Assembly (NCBI GenBank): GCA_039683575.1
Contig: JBDKRC010000196.1
Span: forward strand, 1-64,000
Direction: 5' to 3'
Source: Armatimonadia bacterium
GTDB taxonomy: Bacteria; Armatimonadota; Zipacnadia; Zipacnadales; UBA11051
Length of the DNA stretch: 64,000 nucleotides
Numbering within the stretch: position 1 is the first letter of the stretch; the number at the start of each line of letters is the position of its first letter. Below, piece after piece: positions 36,984 to 46,623 of the stretch. Under the pieces are notes generated by a model that worked only from the letters and a program-made list of their open reading frames with translations, made no database searches and was not told the DNA's origin. The translations under genes and the position numbers were made by a program.

Positions 36984-38933
36984 CTATTTCAGCCCAAATC
37001 CGCCCAGGCTGATGGAGAAACGCTGCGTGTCAGTGGAGTAGACGAGGTTGATCTCGCGTGACCCGAATAGGCGCCCGAGCGAGAGTTCCAGGTCTTGGTA
37101 CTGCGAGTTCTCGAGATCGTAGTACGTACCAGTCAGGCCCCAGCGCCACTTTGGGTCCATGTGATAGTCCAGAGTGGCGTAGCCGTACAGACCTGAAGTG
37201 GTGAGGTCATAGGTACTTGATAGGTAGGCATTCCACTTGCTGCCATAGGCCCGTGCATCGAACCCGAAGACGTGGTTCCAGCCCTCGTCATCAGCGTCTC
37301 CGTGCCGCAACTCGGCGCTATAGTCAAACCCGAAATGCAGCTTGCGGCTCGCCTTGTGGTCCAGACGCAAGTCGGCGCGAAGGCTGTTTTCGGCATATCC
37401 CCCCGTGTCCCACGAGTACACGTTGCTGATCGACGGCTGCAGGGTAGTAGCCTTCCCCCAGGAGCGTTCGCCGAGGCTCAGTTCCGAGAACAGTTCGTTG
37501 GCAAAGACAACGCCCTCATCGGCCGCATACTGCCGCACGCCGACGGAGGTGCCAAGCCGATAGGCAAGATTGTGGCCACCTATCCGATTGGGCTCGGCGA
37601 GCCAGTCGGCAAGGGCGCCCCAAGACTGCTCATAGTCATCGGGACCGTCATAGTACCCCCGGAGGCTCAGACGCCCCCGGTCACTGTACCGCATTATATT
37701 CGCGTCGCTGTAGATACTCTTGTGGTCCGGCAGGGCCAGATCGAAATATCCGGAACCGTCACCGAACATCGGCCTGGAATCCCGCCACTCGAGGCCCCAG
37801 TCAGGCTTGGTCAGCCCCGAGACTTCCACAGTGCCTTCGGCACCGCCCGCCGACCTGTACTCCTCAGCGATGGCCAGTGACCACCCGTCCCGTGAGGTAA
37901 AGGAACTGGAGCGCGCGCCACGCTGGATCTTTATCGCGCCGGTAGCGCGGTCTGTCACACGATAGAAAAAGGGGAAGTCGATCGCCACGTCGCCTTCGGA
38001 GGTTACGCCCAGCGCCTGCGTATTGCTGGCGCCGCTATACCCTGGCAACCCGATGATCCAGTATGGGGGAAAAGTGAAGATCTTCTGCTCCTGCACCCAC
38101 AGCGCGGCGTGCTTGAGCACGACCTTCTCATTCACAAAGAGGCTGATACTCTTGGCAACGAGCCAGCTGTCTGCCTCGCCTTTGTTCATTTTGAACGCGT
38201 CGGTAGGTACATCCCATTCCGTGGTCAGCGGCCGCAAGCCAACCAGATCGAAGTACACCCGCTCAAGGCGCTCCTCGCCGAAGCGGCGCACGATGCCACG
38301 CCGGCTGATCAGGTCAAGGAATACGTCCTCGCCTTTGAGTTGCTGGTCACCACGACGTATGATGACATCCTGAGCCTTGATCGTCAGGTTTTCGACGTTG
38401 ACCTGCAACATCCCCCCGCATTCCAGCACGAGCTTCCCAAACCTGAGCTTAGCGCAGTCACGAGCCTCGATGGCCCCGGCGTCGAGATTGTAGCCGACCC
38501 ATCCCCCCGTGATGTCCACCACACGGGCTTCGCCCTGGGCAGCTTCACCTTCAGGCAGGAAGTCAACATATGCCACAGCGCGACTGTCTGCGGCCTGAAT
38601 CGTAACGGTTGCGGTGCCGGGGGTGGTGCTGGTGACGAGGATGATGGCGAATCCGCCGGAGGTACGACCAGTAAGGGAGTCTTGCCTACCCACGCTGCTA
38701 AAGCTCAGCAAGCCCAGATCAGTGTGGGCGACAAACTGCGTGCCATCAGGAACGCTGTGCCCTCGCTCATCGCGCATCTCAACCCGCAGGCGAGCCTGAC
38801 TTTGTCCATCAGCAGGCACTTGGCGAGGAGTGACCGACACGTTGACACGGTAGGTCCCTGCACGCTCAAGTTGAGCCCACGCAACGGAAATAAGGAGGCT
38901 GCCGAGGGTGAGCAGGGCCAGAATGCGTTTCAC
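36984..38933 (-). CDS. LptD-like outer-membrane beta-barrel with N-terminal invasin-type Ig and OstA-like domains
   Basis: Signal peptide; VPADGQSQA..TPGTATVT (Big_1-like); beta-jellyroll-like segment; PPYW...DFPFFY; amphipathic aromatic beta strands to the C-terminus. Confidence 0.7.
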   Translation of the reverse strand: MKRILALLTLGSLLISVAWAQLERAGTYRVNVSVTPRQVPADGQSQARLRVEMRDERGHSVPDGTQFVAHTDLGLLSFSSVGRQDSLTGRTSGGFAIILVTSTTPGTATVTIQAADSRAVAYVDFLPEGEAAQGEARVVDITGGWVGYNLDAGAIEARDCAKLRFGKLVLECGGMLQVNVENLTIKAQDVIIRRGDQQLKGEDVFLDLISRRGIVRRFGEERLERVYFDLVGLRPLTTEWDVPTDAFKMNKGEADSWLVAKSISLFVNEKVVLKHAALWVQEQKIFTFPPYWIIGLPGYSGASNTQALGVTSEGDVAIDFPFFYRVTDRATGAIKIQRGARSSSFTSRDGWSLAIAEEYRSAGGAEGTVEVSGLTKPDWGLEWRDSRPMFGDGSGYFDLALPDHKSIYSDANIMRYSDRGRLSLRGYYDGPDDYEQSWGALADWLAEPNRIGGHNLAYRLGTSVGVRQYAADEGVVFANELFSELSLGERSWGKATTLQPSISNVYSWDTGGYAENSLRADLRLDHKASRKLHFGFDYSAELRHGDADDEGWNHVFGFDARAYGSKWNAYLSSTYDLTTSGLYGYATLDYHMDPKWRWGLTGTYYDLENSQYQDLELSLGRLFGSREINLVYSTDTQRFSISLGGFGLK

Positions 38934-38970
38934 TACAGATGGTTACTCCGCGGCGGTGTCGTTAGCAGGA

Positions 38971-39008
38971 CGCCCTCGCCAGCCCTGCAACAGAGCTTGG
39001 CGAGGGCG
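38971..39008. repeat. GC-rich hairpin inside the cluster
   Basis: CGCCCTCGCCA...TGGCGAGGGCG 11-bp arms; no U-tract. Confidence 0.5.
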
Positions 39009-39038
39009 ATGGTTGCGCGTGTGGGGCTACGCCTGACG

Positions 39039-40103
39039 CTATGCTTCCGCGTCGATTGCGGCCGAGATGGCCGCCGGGGAGACGGCGCCGCTCGTGTAGA
39101 TGACGAAGATGCGGTACTGATAGGTGTTGGTGCCTGTCAGCAGGTCGTCATCGTTCAAGAAGGTGCGACCGGCACCGACTGAACCGCGGTCGATACGCGT
39201 GAACGAGCCGCCGTTCACCGCCCGCTCGATCCGGTAGCGTTGGACCGTGAGTGTCGTTCCGGTTGGCTCCTGCCAACTCAACCGGATCGTACCGTCCAGG
39301 TCCTGGACGCGTACGTTGGTCACGGGGAGCGCGTTGGGATTGACGCCAGTGTCTCCGCCGCTGTTACCACTGTTGACTGCCACGAGAAGCCCCACCAGAA
39401 GGGCTCCCAGCAGCACGTACTTGTAGCCCTTACTGCCGGTCTTCTTGGCTTTGGCTATCTCAACAACGTCAGCACGACCGGAGAGGGTGGCCGCTGCTTT
39501 TGACGCGGCGTTGCGGATTGCTTCCTGAACCAGGACGGCCTCAGATCCGGTATAACGGGCGCGAGGCGTGCTCGCTCCTGAAACACCGAATGCCCGCAGC
39601 ACCTTCGGCTCAGCTATGGGCTCGTCAGTGGTTGGATTGAGGTTGGCCGCCACATCGTACATCTGCCCCGCCAGGATCAATTCGACCGAGACCGGGTCCG
39701 ACTTGCGTGTGAAGGACTGAATGGTGGACATGACGATGTAGTCGGCGTCAAGGGCATGGCCAATGCTGAGGGCCGTGGCCAGATCGGCGGTCCCTTCCTC
39801 TACATCCACCTGACGGATGCGGCCTTCCCCGACTGCCCGCCTTACGCTGGGCGAAGTGGGCGAGAACTGCAGCGCGTCCATCCCCGGCGTGTCATCGATT
39901 GCCATCGTGAGAGCGCCGAGAGCCCGCTGGCCAGCGTCACTTGGGACGCCCTCGGCAGCCACTGCCACCGGGAACACCAACACGGTCTTGTGGTCTTGCG
40001 CAAAAGCCATGCCTGCCCCAAGCGGCGATACAGTGGCCAGTACTAGCATAGCCAAAGCCAGGCAGATTCTGCGACTCAAGTAGTGCGAACGGATTGCCTT
40101 CAT
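39039..40103 (-). CDS. Exported protein: CsgG/TolB-N-like alpha/beta domain, internal hydrophobic helix, FN3 domain
   Basis: Signal ending AFA-Q; KTVLVFPV..IGHALDADYIVMSTI; YVLLGALLVGLLVAV; IRLSWQEP..YRIER..YQYRI. Confidence 0.7.
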   Translation of the reverse strand: MKAIRSHYLSRRICLALAMLVLATVSPLGAGMAFAQDHKTVLVFPVAVAAEGVPSDAGQRALGALTMAIDDTPGMDALQFSPTSPSVRRAVGEGRIRQVDVEEGTADLATALSIGHALDADYIVMSTIQSFTRKSDPVSVELILAGQMYDVAANLNPTTDEPIAEPKVLRAFGVSGASTPRARYTGSEAVLVQEAIRNAASKAAATLSGRADVVEIAKAKKTGSKGYKYVLLGALLVGLLVAVNSGNSGGDTGVNPNALPVTNVRVQDLDGTIRLSWQEPTGTTLTVQRYRIERAVNGGSFTRIDRGSVGAGRTFLNDDDLLTGTNTYQYRIFVIYTSGAVSPAAISAAIDAEA

Positions 40104-40211
40104 GCTTGTTACTCCCTCCACGGGCGCTGGGCACCAGGCCCATGCGGATCGACACAGACGATTACATCGAACGGCTGAAGCCCTTGTAGCAGCCCAACGC
40201 GACGGCTGCCC

Positions 40212-43073
40212 CTAACGACTAATCTGCAGCGGCTGAACCACAGTGACCGCCTGCCCAGTCTCTTGCGACTTGGCCACGATCTCACAGAGGTACCGGCCGC
40301 TCGGGACCTTGTTTCCGCGGTTGCTGCGACCGCTCCACAGAACGGTATTCTGACCGGCAGTCGAAGCGCGGTTGGCCGCAACCTGCCCGACGACGATCCC
40401 CGATATGTTGCGGATGCGAATGTCAACCGCAGCGTCGGCGCTCAGCGAGTAGCTGATGGCTGCTCCGCCCTGCGCGCTCTGAGTGGCAACCACCGAGCTC
40501 ACCGCGAGGGCATTGGCCCCGCGTGGCTGCACCACGATCCGCAGGGCCCGCTCAGTCGCCTGAGTGCCGGTACGGAAGGTATAGGAGCTCGTGGTGCGCA
40601 TGTAGCGCCGGTCACCGGTAGCCTCGTCGACCAGGGTGGCGATCAGGCTCGACGGCAGCGTCGACAGGTTCGGCCACGTTACAGTCGCAGTGCTGTTTGC
40701 GGCGTTAGTCTTGACGATCAGATTCCATTCCTGCCGCTCCTGGCCCGCGCTGCGCACGTCCATCAGGTATGGCATACCAAGCGCGCTTGAGCCCGAGTAG
40801 AAGGCGGACTTCAGATATACGCTCTCTTGCTTGATGCTTGCGGGCGGCTGAGGCACGTCATAGCGGTCCAGACCAGCCACCGCATTCTTCTTTACCGCCG
40901 CACTCTGAGTCACGAGCGGCAATCCCGAAATGCCCACCTGTACATCGAATTCCCAGCCGTCTTTCTCTGCAGCCTTTGGCTGCGGTGCGCCTGTCTCGGC
41001 CTCGGCCGGACTGTACTGGTTGGGCGGCTGGAACATCAGCGTGCAACTCTGGCGAGCAAGTACCCAGTAGCCCATGTACGGGTCGAGATAGGTATCTGCC
41101 GGCGTTGCTTCCCAGGTGTATTGATTCGTCTCCGGATCGTACGCATAGACGGTGGAAAGCAGCATGTTCCGCGCTACCGCTTCGTCGAGTGACCAGTCGC
41201 CGCCGCTCTGCCCCGCCACGCGTACCTCATCGAGGCGCACGCCAGTGGTAAACGGATTACCAATCTGGTTCCAGCCGGGCAGTAGGTCCACGTTGTACGC
41301 GATCGAGCTATCCACTGGCTCGGCCCCTGCGGGCATGTAGACGGGCTCACGGTTGCGGTTCAGGAGCCAGTAGCCGGCGCCGGGCACGATGGCCGTGACG
41401 TAAGGGTCAGGGAACCAGCGGTACTGATTGCCCTGAGGGTCGTAACGAATGAGCGAGGCAGGACCGCCGGCCAACAACGAGCCAAGGCTCTGGAAGACGG
41501 TTTCAGCATCGTTATCCGGGAACTCGTAGGGTACCGAGACCATCTCCAGACCCAGGTCCGCGTTCGGCAGCGGGTTGAGCACGGGGATAGCCGGGATATT
41601 GATGGTCCGGCTGACGACTTTGCCGCGCGGGCCCGTGAAGCGCACCTCCGCATGCCCGGGGCGAGCCGCTGTAGCGACGACCTTCCAGTCGAGGTTCTTG
41701 ATCTCATTGCGCTGAATGATCCCGGCATTCTTTGCCAGCGATTCTCCGGGCGCCAGCTCCAAGCCCACCGGCAAGCGCACGCGCACGCTTGCATCATACA
41801 GCGGAGAGCTGCCGAAGTTGTCCATGTAGGCTGCCAGCTTGAACGGCGAGTTGCCGTCTTGGTCGACTAGGTCATGCGCCTCATTTTCCGAAGTAGCCGG
41901 GTCGTCCTCACCCGCCTGCAGTGAGTACGGCGCATATGCCATGAAAGCGTATGGGGACGTGTAATCGGCGGCCGATGAGCCGAGCCCATAGTAGGTCACA
42001 TAGCGCCGCGAGAGCCCGGGTCCGAGGTCGCGCGGCTGCCAGGACACTGCATAGGCCCAGTCTTCGTCGATTATCGACGCCTGGGTATTCGGGGTGAAGT
42101 AGTACTGCTGATCGGCGCCCATGTTCCGCATCTGGCCAAAGGAGATGCTATCGGGCGGACCGGCGGCGTAGTTGGCGATGCCGGCGTTGTCAACTTCGCT
42201 GCCGGTAAGCACGCCACGCAATACAACGTTCGGAGCCTGCGCGTTGTCGTAGGCGACCCAGCTATCGGGCAACAACTGATTCGTGCTTCCGACAGAGGGG
42301 ATAGTCGTCTCTGTAGTGATGACGCTCTTGTCGGGGAGGATAATCGCGCGGCCGTCGTACTGGCTCTGCCCGAAGGTAGCGTCTATCAATGTCCGCAGCC
42401 CAACCTGGTGGGTCGCGGAGGTCGTGTTGGTGACGATGTACTCGAACTGAACGGTGTCGCCAAGGACGGTGGTTACCTGCCGAACCTGGATCCAGTCCGT
42501 GACCTCATCCAAATCGGCTTGACTGGCCGGCACGCGGAAGACGCCCGAGACGTCTCGGCTGCCATTGGTCAGGACTGAGGGCCACAGGCTCAGGAGATTG
42601 GAGATTTCCTCAACGAAGCCCAACTCCTCAGCCAGAAAGTGCGGGTCAAAGATGCCACCCACGTCGGGGTCTGCCTCATTGCTGTCCACCGCAATGGAGA
42701 CCTTACTCGTGTAGTAGTAGCCGACGTCATCATCTTCGTATTGGGCGACGTTGCTCGCAATGACCTTATCCTCGTCGTTGGCGTGTGTGGGATTGCCACC
42801 GACAGGACTTTCGGTCGCAGTTCGGATCTGCACCCGGCCAGCTGGCTGGTACATGTAGTCGGTATCGGTAGCCGACACCGCGTTCCTGATCACACCAGGG
42901 TATTCCGCCCGAAGCTTGATCAGGGCGCGCGAAAAGGTGGGCACTTCGGCCGTCGTGAAGTTGGGCGCCAGTCTGGCCTGAGCCCACACAATGCCAAGTG
43001 CCACGGTCGCTAAGGCTAAAGCGCCTACAGTGACGCGTATCGCTGCCGATCTCCGATTACTGTTGCGATCCAA
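40212..43073 (-). CDS. Large exported protein with the shared C-terminal module (FlgD-Ig-like end)
   Basis: AGAGGAG SD, TTG start, signal peptide; GWNQIGNPF, YMRT, ISYSLS..IRNISG..WSGR..PSGRYL. Confidence 0.8.
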   Translation of the reverse strand: MDRNSNRRSAAIRVTVGALALATVALGIVWAQARLAPNFTTAEVPTFSRALIKLRAEYPGVIRNAVSATDTDYMYQPAGRVQIRTATESPVGGNPTHANDEDKVIASNVAQYEDDDVGYYYTSKVSIAVDSNEADPDVGGIFDPHFLAEELGFVEEISNLLSLWPSVLTNGSRDVSGVFRVPASQADLDEVTDWIQVRQVTTVLGDTVQFEYIVTNTTSATHQVGLRTLIDATFGQSQYDGRAIILPDKSVITTETTIPSVGSTNQLLPDSWVAYDNAQAPNVVLRGVLTGSEVDNAGIANYAAGPPDSISFGQMRNMGADQQYYFTPNTQASIIDEDWAYAVSWQPRDLGPGLSRRYVTYYGLGSSAADYTSPYAFMAYAPYSLQAGEDDPATSENEAHDLVDQDGNSPFKLAAYMDNFGSSPLYDASVRVRLPVGLELAPGESLAKNAGIIQRNEIKNLDWKVVATAARPGHAEVRFTGPRGKVVSRTINIPAIPVLNPLPNADLGLEMVSVPYEFPDNDAETVFQSLGSLLAGGPASLIRYDPQGNQYRWFPDPYVTAIVPGAGYWLLNRNREPVYMPAGAEPVDSSIAYNVDLLPGWNQIGNPFTTGVRLDEVRVAGQSGGDWSLDEAVARNMLLSTVYAYDPETNQYTWEATPADTYLDPYMGYWVLARQSCTLMFQPPNQYSPAEAETGAPQPKAAEKDGWEFDVQVGISGLPLVTQSAAVKKNAVAGLDRYDVPQPPASIKQESVYLKSAFYSGSSALGMPYLMDVRSAGQERQEWNLIVKTNAANSTATVTWPNLSTLPSSLIATLVDEATGDRRYMRTTSSYTFRTGTQATERALRIVVQPRGANALAVSSVVATQSAQGGAAISYSLSADAAVDIRIRNISGIVVGQVAANRASTAGQNTVLWSGRSNRGNKVPSGRYLCEIVAKSQETGQAVTVVQPLQISR

Positions 43074-43115
43074 TACTGTCAGCTCCTCTCTACGTCGGAC
43101 GGGGTGCCTGTGCAG

Positions 43116-46100
43116 TTACCGTGTTACCGAGAATGGATGGATTGCCTGTACAGTCTGTCCATCCTCGGCCCGAGCGGTAATGCGGGCGAGATATCTGCCC
43201 GACGGAGCCTTCAAGCCGCGTTCGTTGCAGCCGTTCCAGACTGCGGTCTGACTCGTCCCCGCGGCCACCGAGCGTTCAGCGACTCTGCCGATCAACATAC
43301 CAGAGATGTTGCGAATCTCCACGCTCACGTTCGACTGGCGCGTCACTGAGTAGGTGAACATCACCTGTCCCCCGCGAGCTGATGCCGACGAGACGGAATT
43401 GACCGTCAGCAAAGTGCTCTTCTGGTCCGAGGCCGTGATGCGCAGATGACGCACTCCCGGCTCAGCCATGGTGAACGTGTAACCGGTGGCGGTGCGCATG
43501 TATACGCTGTTCCCACTATCGAGGTCTTCCATTCGCATGCTCAGACCGCGTGGTAGGGACGCGTTCAGACGCGGCCAAGATACGGTGACCGGGACGTCTT
43601 TCAGCCGACACGACACCTCAACATCCCATTCCTGTTTCGTCGAGGCGGCGCTGCGCACATCCTTTGCGAGGGTACCCTCGCTGTTGGGAATGTACATCCG
43701 CAATGCGTCGACCAGCGGCGGCGGCTCGGATACGTCCACCCCAAGGTCATAGCCATCGGTCGCAGCGGCACTGACGCCGATATAGTTGATCGGGTCCTCA
43801 TACTTGCCAGCACGTGCTTGCAGTTGCAGCAACCAGTTGTCTGTGGTGCCTTGCACTGGCTTGGCAGTGGTCTGCCTCTGGCGCGTCGCGACGATCTGTG
43901 CAGTCGTGGAAGTGTTGTGCACGACCAGCGTCGCGTCCTTGCGCACGTGGAGCCAGTAGCCCTTCAACGGCGCAAGCGTGTCTTCAGTCGGGTCGGTCGG
44001 GAAATCGTAGTAGCCGCCGCCTGCGTTGCTGACGAAATCGTAAAGCACACCCTCGGTAACCGGGCTGTTGGTCGAGTCCATCGCCTCACGCAGGTCTTGT
44101 CGTCCGTTGGCACTCACAAACTCGACGCTACCCCAGTCCACGTTGTCCTCATATGGATTCCCAATGAGGTTCCAGCCCTTTGGTTGGTCTGAGCCGTAGA
44201 TGAGCTTGATGTCATAGCTCGCGTCGGTGAGACCGTTGGCAGTCACGCTGAGCATGCCGGTGGTTCGCAGGCTCAGGAAGTAGCCGAGACCTGCAGGCGG
44301 CTTCGCCACGAGGTTGTCGGGCGGGGCGAACCCTGCGAACTCGTCAGGGTACAGGTGGTACTTGCTTGAGCGGCTGTCGGTGGGAACCCATCGCAGCAAG
44401 GACATGTTCTCCAGCGGCACGCCAAAGACCACAGCCGGATCAGCTTCGCTCAGGTCTGGATATGGAAGCGCAATGATGTGTAGCCCTGCTGCGATGCTCG
44501 GGGTGGCAACGCGGAAGTAAACGGTAGCCCCCTTCGAGGGATTGCCCGCCTGGTCAGAGACCATCATGCTGACCTGGTGACGCGTGCGCGTCAGATTCGA
44601 CAAGACAAAGCTTATCTGCCCCGTCTCGTGGTCAACTCGCAGGTCGGTTGCTGGTGAGATTGCCACCAGGTTGGTGCCATCGGTCTTGACAACAGCCTTG
44701 CCGTCATATTTGGCAACAAAGGTGTCCCAGTTGATCTCGCCGCTGTCGGACAGGGTGGCAATCACTCTGGGCGAGGCACTGGTAATGGTGCTGTTGTTCA
44801 GGGGGAAGTCGATGACGATCACCGGCAGGTCGTCGTCCGTCTCCTGGCCTACCCGCAGCGACAGCCGGCCGCCCGCGTACGGCGTGTCATTGCCTTCGTC
44901 AATGTCAGGGAACTCCGTCTGGTACTCGTCGATGGTGTACTTCCTCGCCATGACCTTGAGCAGGCTCTGCAGCGTCGAAGGGGCGCGCGCGGAGTCTTCG
45001 GAGAGAAGCAATGCCACCGCACCGGCCACATGTGGCGCCGCCGCCGAAGTACCCATGAACGGATTTAGGCCATATCCCGCAGCCGCCGCTGCGCCACCAA
45101 TGGTGACCGCATCGGGAGCCAGGATGTCGGGTTTTCCACGTGTCGTGCCCACACCCAGCTTGTACGACGAGAACGGCTCCATATGATCAATCTGGACCGC
45201 CGCCAACTCCGGGGTCGCGGGCGGGGAGACGATGAGATTGGTGCCACGGACTGCGCCAACCGCATACGCACCAGTAGCTTCCGCTGGCACCGCCAAACTC
45301 TCGTCACCGACGCGCAGGTCGCGACTGGCAATATCGAAATTGGGGGAGAAGTACTGCAGTTTGACCGCGGGGATCTCGCTCTCCGCCGGGAGATTCGCGT
45401 TGACGTATTGGATCCGCACTACGTACTGGCCAGCCGTGCGGATGTCAACCCAAAGCTGCTCCTGCGGCGGGTCGTCACCATTCTGGGTCACCGCGGAGCG
45501 AGTGATCTCTCGGGTGCCAGTGCTGTCGAACAGGACAATATCAAAGTCGTTCGCAGTCTCCCCACCGTCGCCCGGCATATACCAGGAGAGATAGACTTGA
45601 AATGCGCCGACCGGGAGGTCATAGCGCAGTTCGTCCGTCGAGCCATCTAGCTCTACGTATGAGTCATCGTCGGTGTTCTCGGCAATGCCGGACCAGTGCT
45701 GCTGAGCCCAGTTCCCTGCAGCGTTGACCCAGAAAATCCCAGCCTCGCGTGCCCGGTTTACGGCCTGTGAGGCCCGGTGTGTCCCATCAAACGGTCCGTC
45801 CGCGAAACCCAGCGACATGACCACTACTTGGACCTGCGTGCTGATCAGGTAGGTCACAGCGCTGTCGATCGAGAGAGCACTGTCAGCGGCCACGAGAGTC
45901 ATGTCACAATCGGGCGCCATGTCGGCGACGATCTGAGCCACTGCCGTTCCGTGTGCGGTCGTGAACGCGTTGTTGTCGGACCGGTAGTTGACTATATCAC
46001 TGGCAACTACGGGAACCTCGGCGTCCAACCCTAAGAAACCCTCGTCAACAACGGCCACTTTCACATTCTGGCCGGTAAAACCATTGAGTTGCATCGACTG

Positions 46101-46547
46101 GGCGTTAGTCATAGTCACGCCCTGCGACACTGTCCCGCCATAGCCTTGCAGAGGGAGCGCTTTGACGGGAGGAGCAATCTGGGCGACCTGCGGTAGCGCG
46201 GCAAGCCGCACGAGTTGATCCGCTGGCACCATCGCCTGCACTTCGCGACCGCCCCGGCGTTCGGTCCTAACGCCATACTGCGACAGATTCGTTGCGGCCG
46301 CACCAGCGGGGCTACGGAAGTAAATGTTGACCCACACGAACTTGCCCTGCATGCGCACGCCAGATTTGGCGGCAGAGGCCGAACTGATTGTACCGCTTTC
46401 CGCACTCAGGGCCAGCGTTCGCAGTGGGCCGGCCAAGTCCGCCAACCCCGCGGGGTCCGCGGCATATAGACTCGCCGTCACGCCGAGCAGGATGATGGTT
46501 AGGCATGCCGCGAGCCGGCTTCGTCCGGTTGATAGTCCAAGGCTCAC
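43116..46547 (-). CDS. Exported subtilisin-like (S8) serine protease with the shared C-terminal module
   Basis: Triad VAVVDEG / HGTAVA / GTSAAAPHVAG, oxyanion NAAGN, KPDILAP; start taken at GTG 46547 after GGAGG. Confidence 0.88.
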   Translation of the reverse strand: MSLGLSTGRSRLAACLTIILLGVTASLYAADPAGLADLAGPLRTLALSAESGTISSASAAKSGVRMQGKFVWVNIYFRSPAGAAATNLSQYGVRTERRGGREVQAMVPADQLVRLAALPQVAQIAPPVKALPLQGYGGTVSQGVTMTNAQSMQLNGFTGQNVKVAVVDEGFLGLDAEVPVVASDIVNYRSDNNAFTTAHGTAVAQIVADMAPDCDMTLVAADSALSIDSAVTYLISTQVQVVVMSLGFADGPFDGTHRASQAVNRAREAGIFWVNAAGNWAQQHWSGIAENTDDDSYVELDGSTDELRYDLPVGAFQVYLSWYMPGDGGETANDFDIVLFDSTGTREITRSAVTQNGDDPPQEQLWVDIRTAGQYVVRIQYVNANLPAESEIPAVKLQYFSPNFDIASRDLRVGDESLAVPAEATGAYAVGAVRGTNLIVSPPATPELAAVQIDHMEPFSSYKLGVGTTRGKPDILAPDAVTIGGAAAAAGYGLNPFMGTSAAAPHVAGAVALLLSEDSARAPSTLQSLLKVMARKYTIDEYQTEFPDIDEGNDTPYAGGRLSLRVGQETDDDLPVIVIDFPLNNSTITSASPRVIATLSDSGEINWDTFVAKYDGKAVVKTDGTNLVAISPATDLRVDHETGQISFVLSNLTRTRHQVSMMVSDQAGNPSKGATVYFRVATPSIAAGLHIIALPYPDLSEADPAVVFGVPLENMSLLRWVPTDSRSSKYHLYPDEFAGFAPPDNLVAKPPAGLGYFLSLRTTGMLSVTANGLTDASYDIKLIYGSDQPKGWNLIGNPYEDNVDWGSVEFVSANGRQDLREAMDSTNSPVTEGVLYDFVSNAGGGYYDFPTDPTEDTLAPLKGYWLHVRKDATLVVHNTSTTAQIVATRQRQTTAKPVQGTTDNWLLQLQARAGKYEDPINYIGVSAAATDGYDLGVDVSEPPPLVDALRMYIPNSEGTLAKDVRSAASTKQEWDVEVSCRLKDVPVTVSWPRLNASLPRGLSMRMEDLDSGNSVYMRTATGYTFTMAEPGVRHLRITASDQKSTLLTVNSVSSASARGGQVMFTYSVTRQSNVSVEIRNISGMLIGRVAERSVAAGTSQTAVWNGCNERGLKAPSGRYLARITARAEDGQTVQAIHPFSVTR

Positions 46548-46623
46548 GTACGTACCTCCTGCCGGCACGCCCGCGCCGGCTACTGTTGTAATGCTTTGTG
46601 GACTGCGATACTGCTTCACGACA

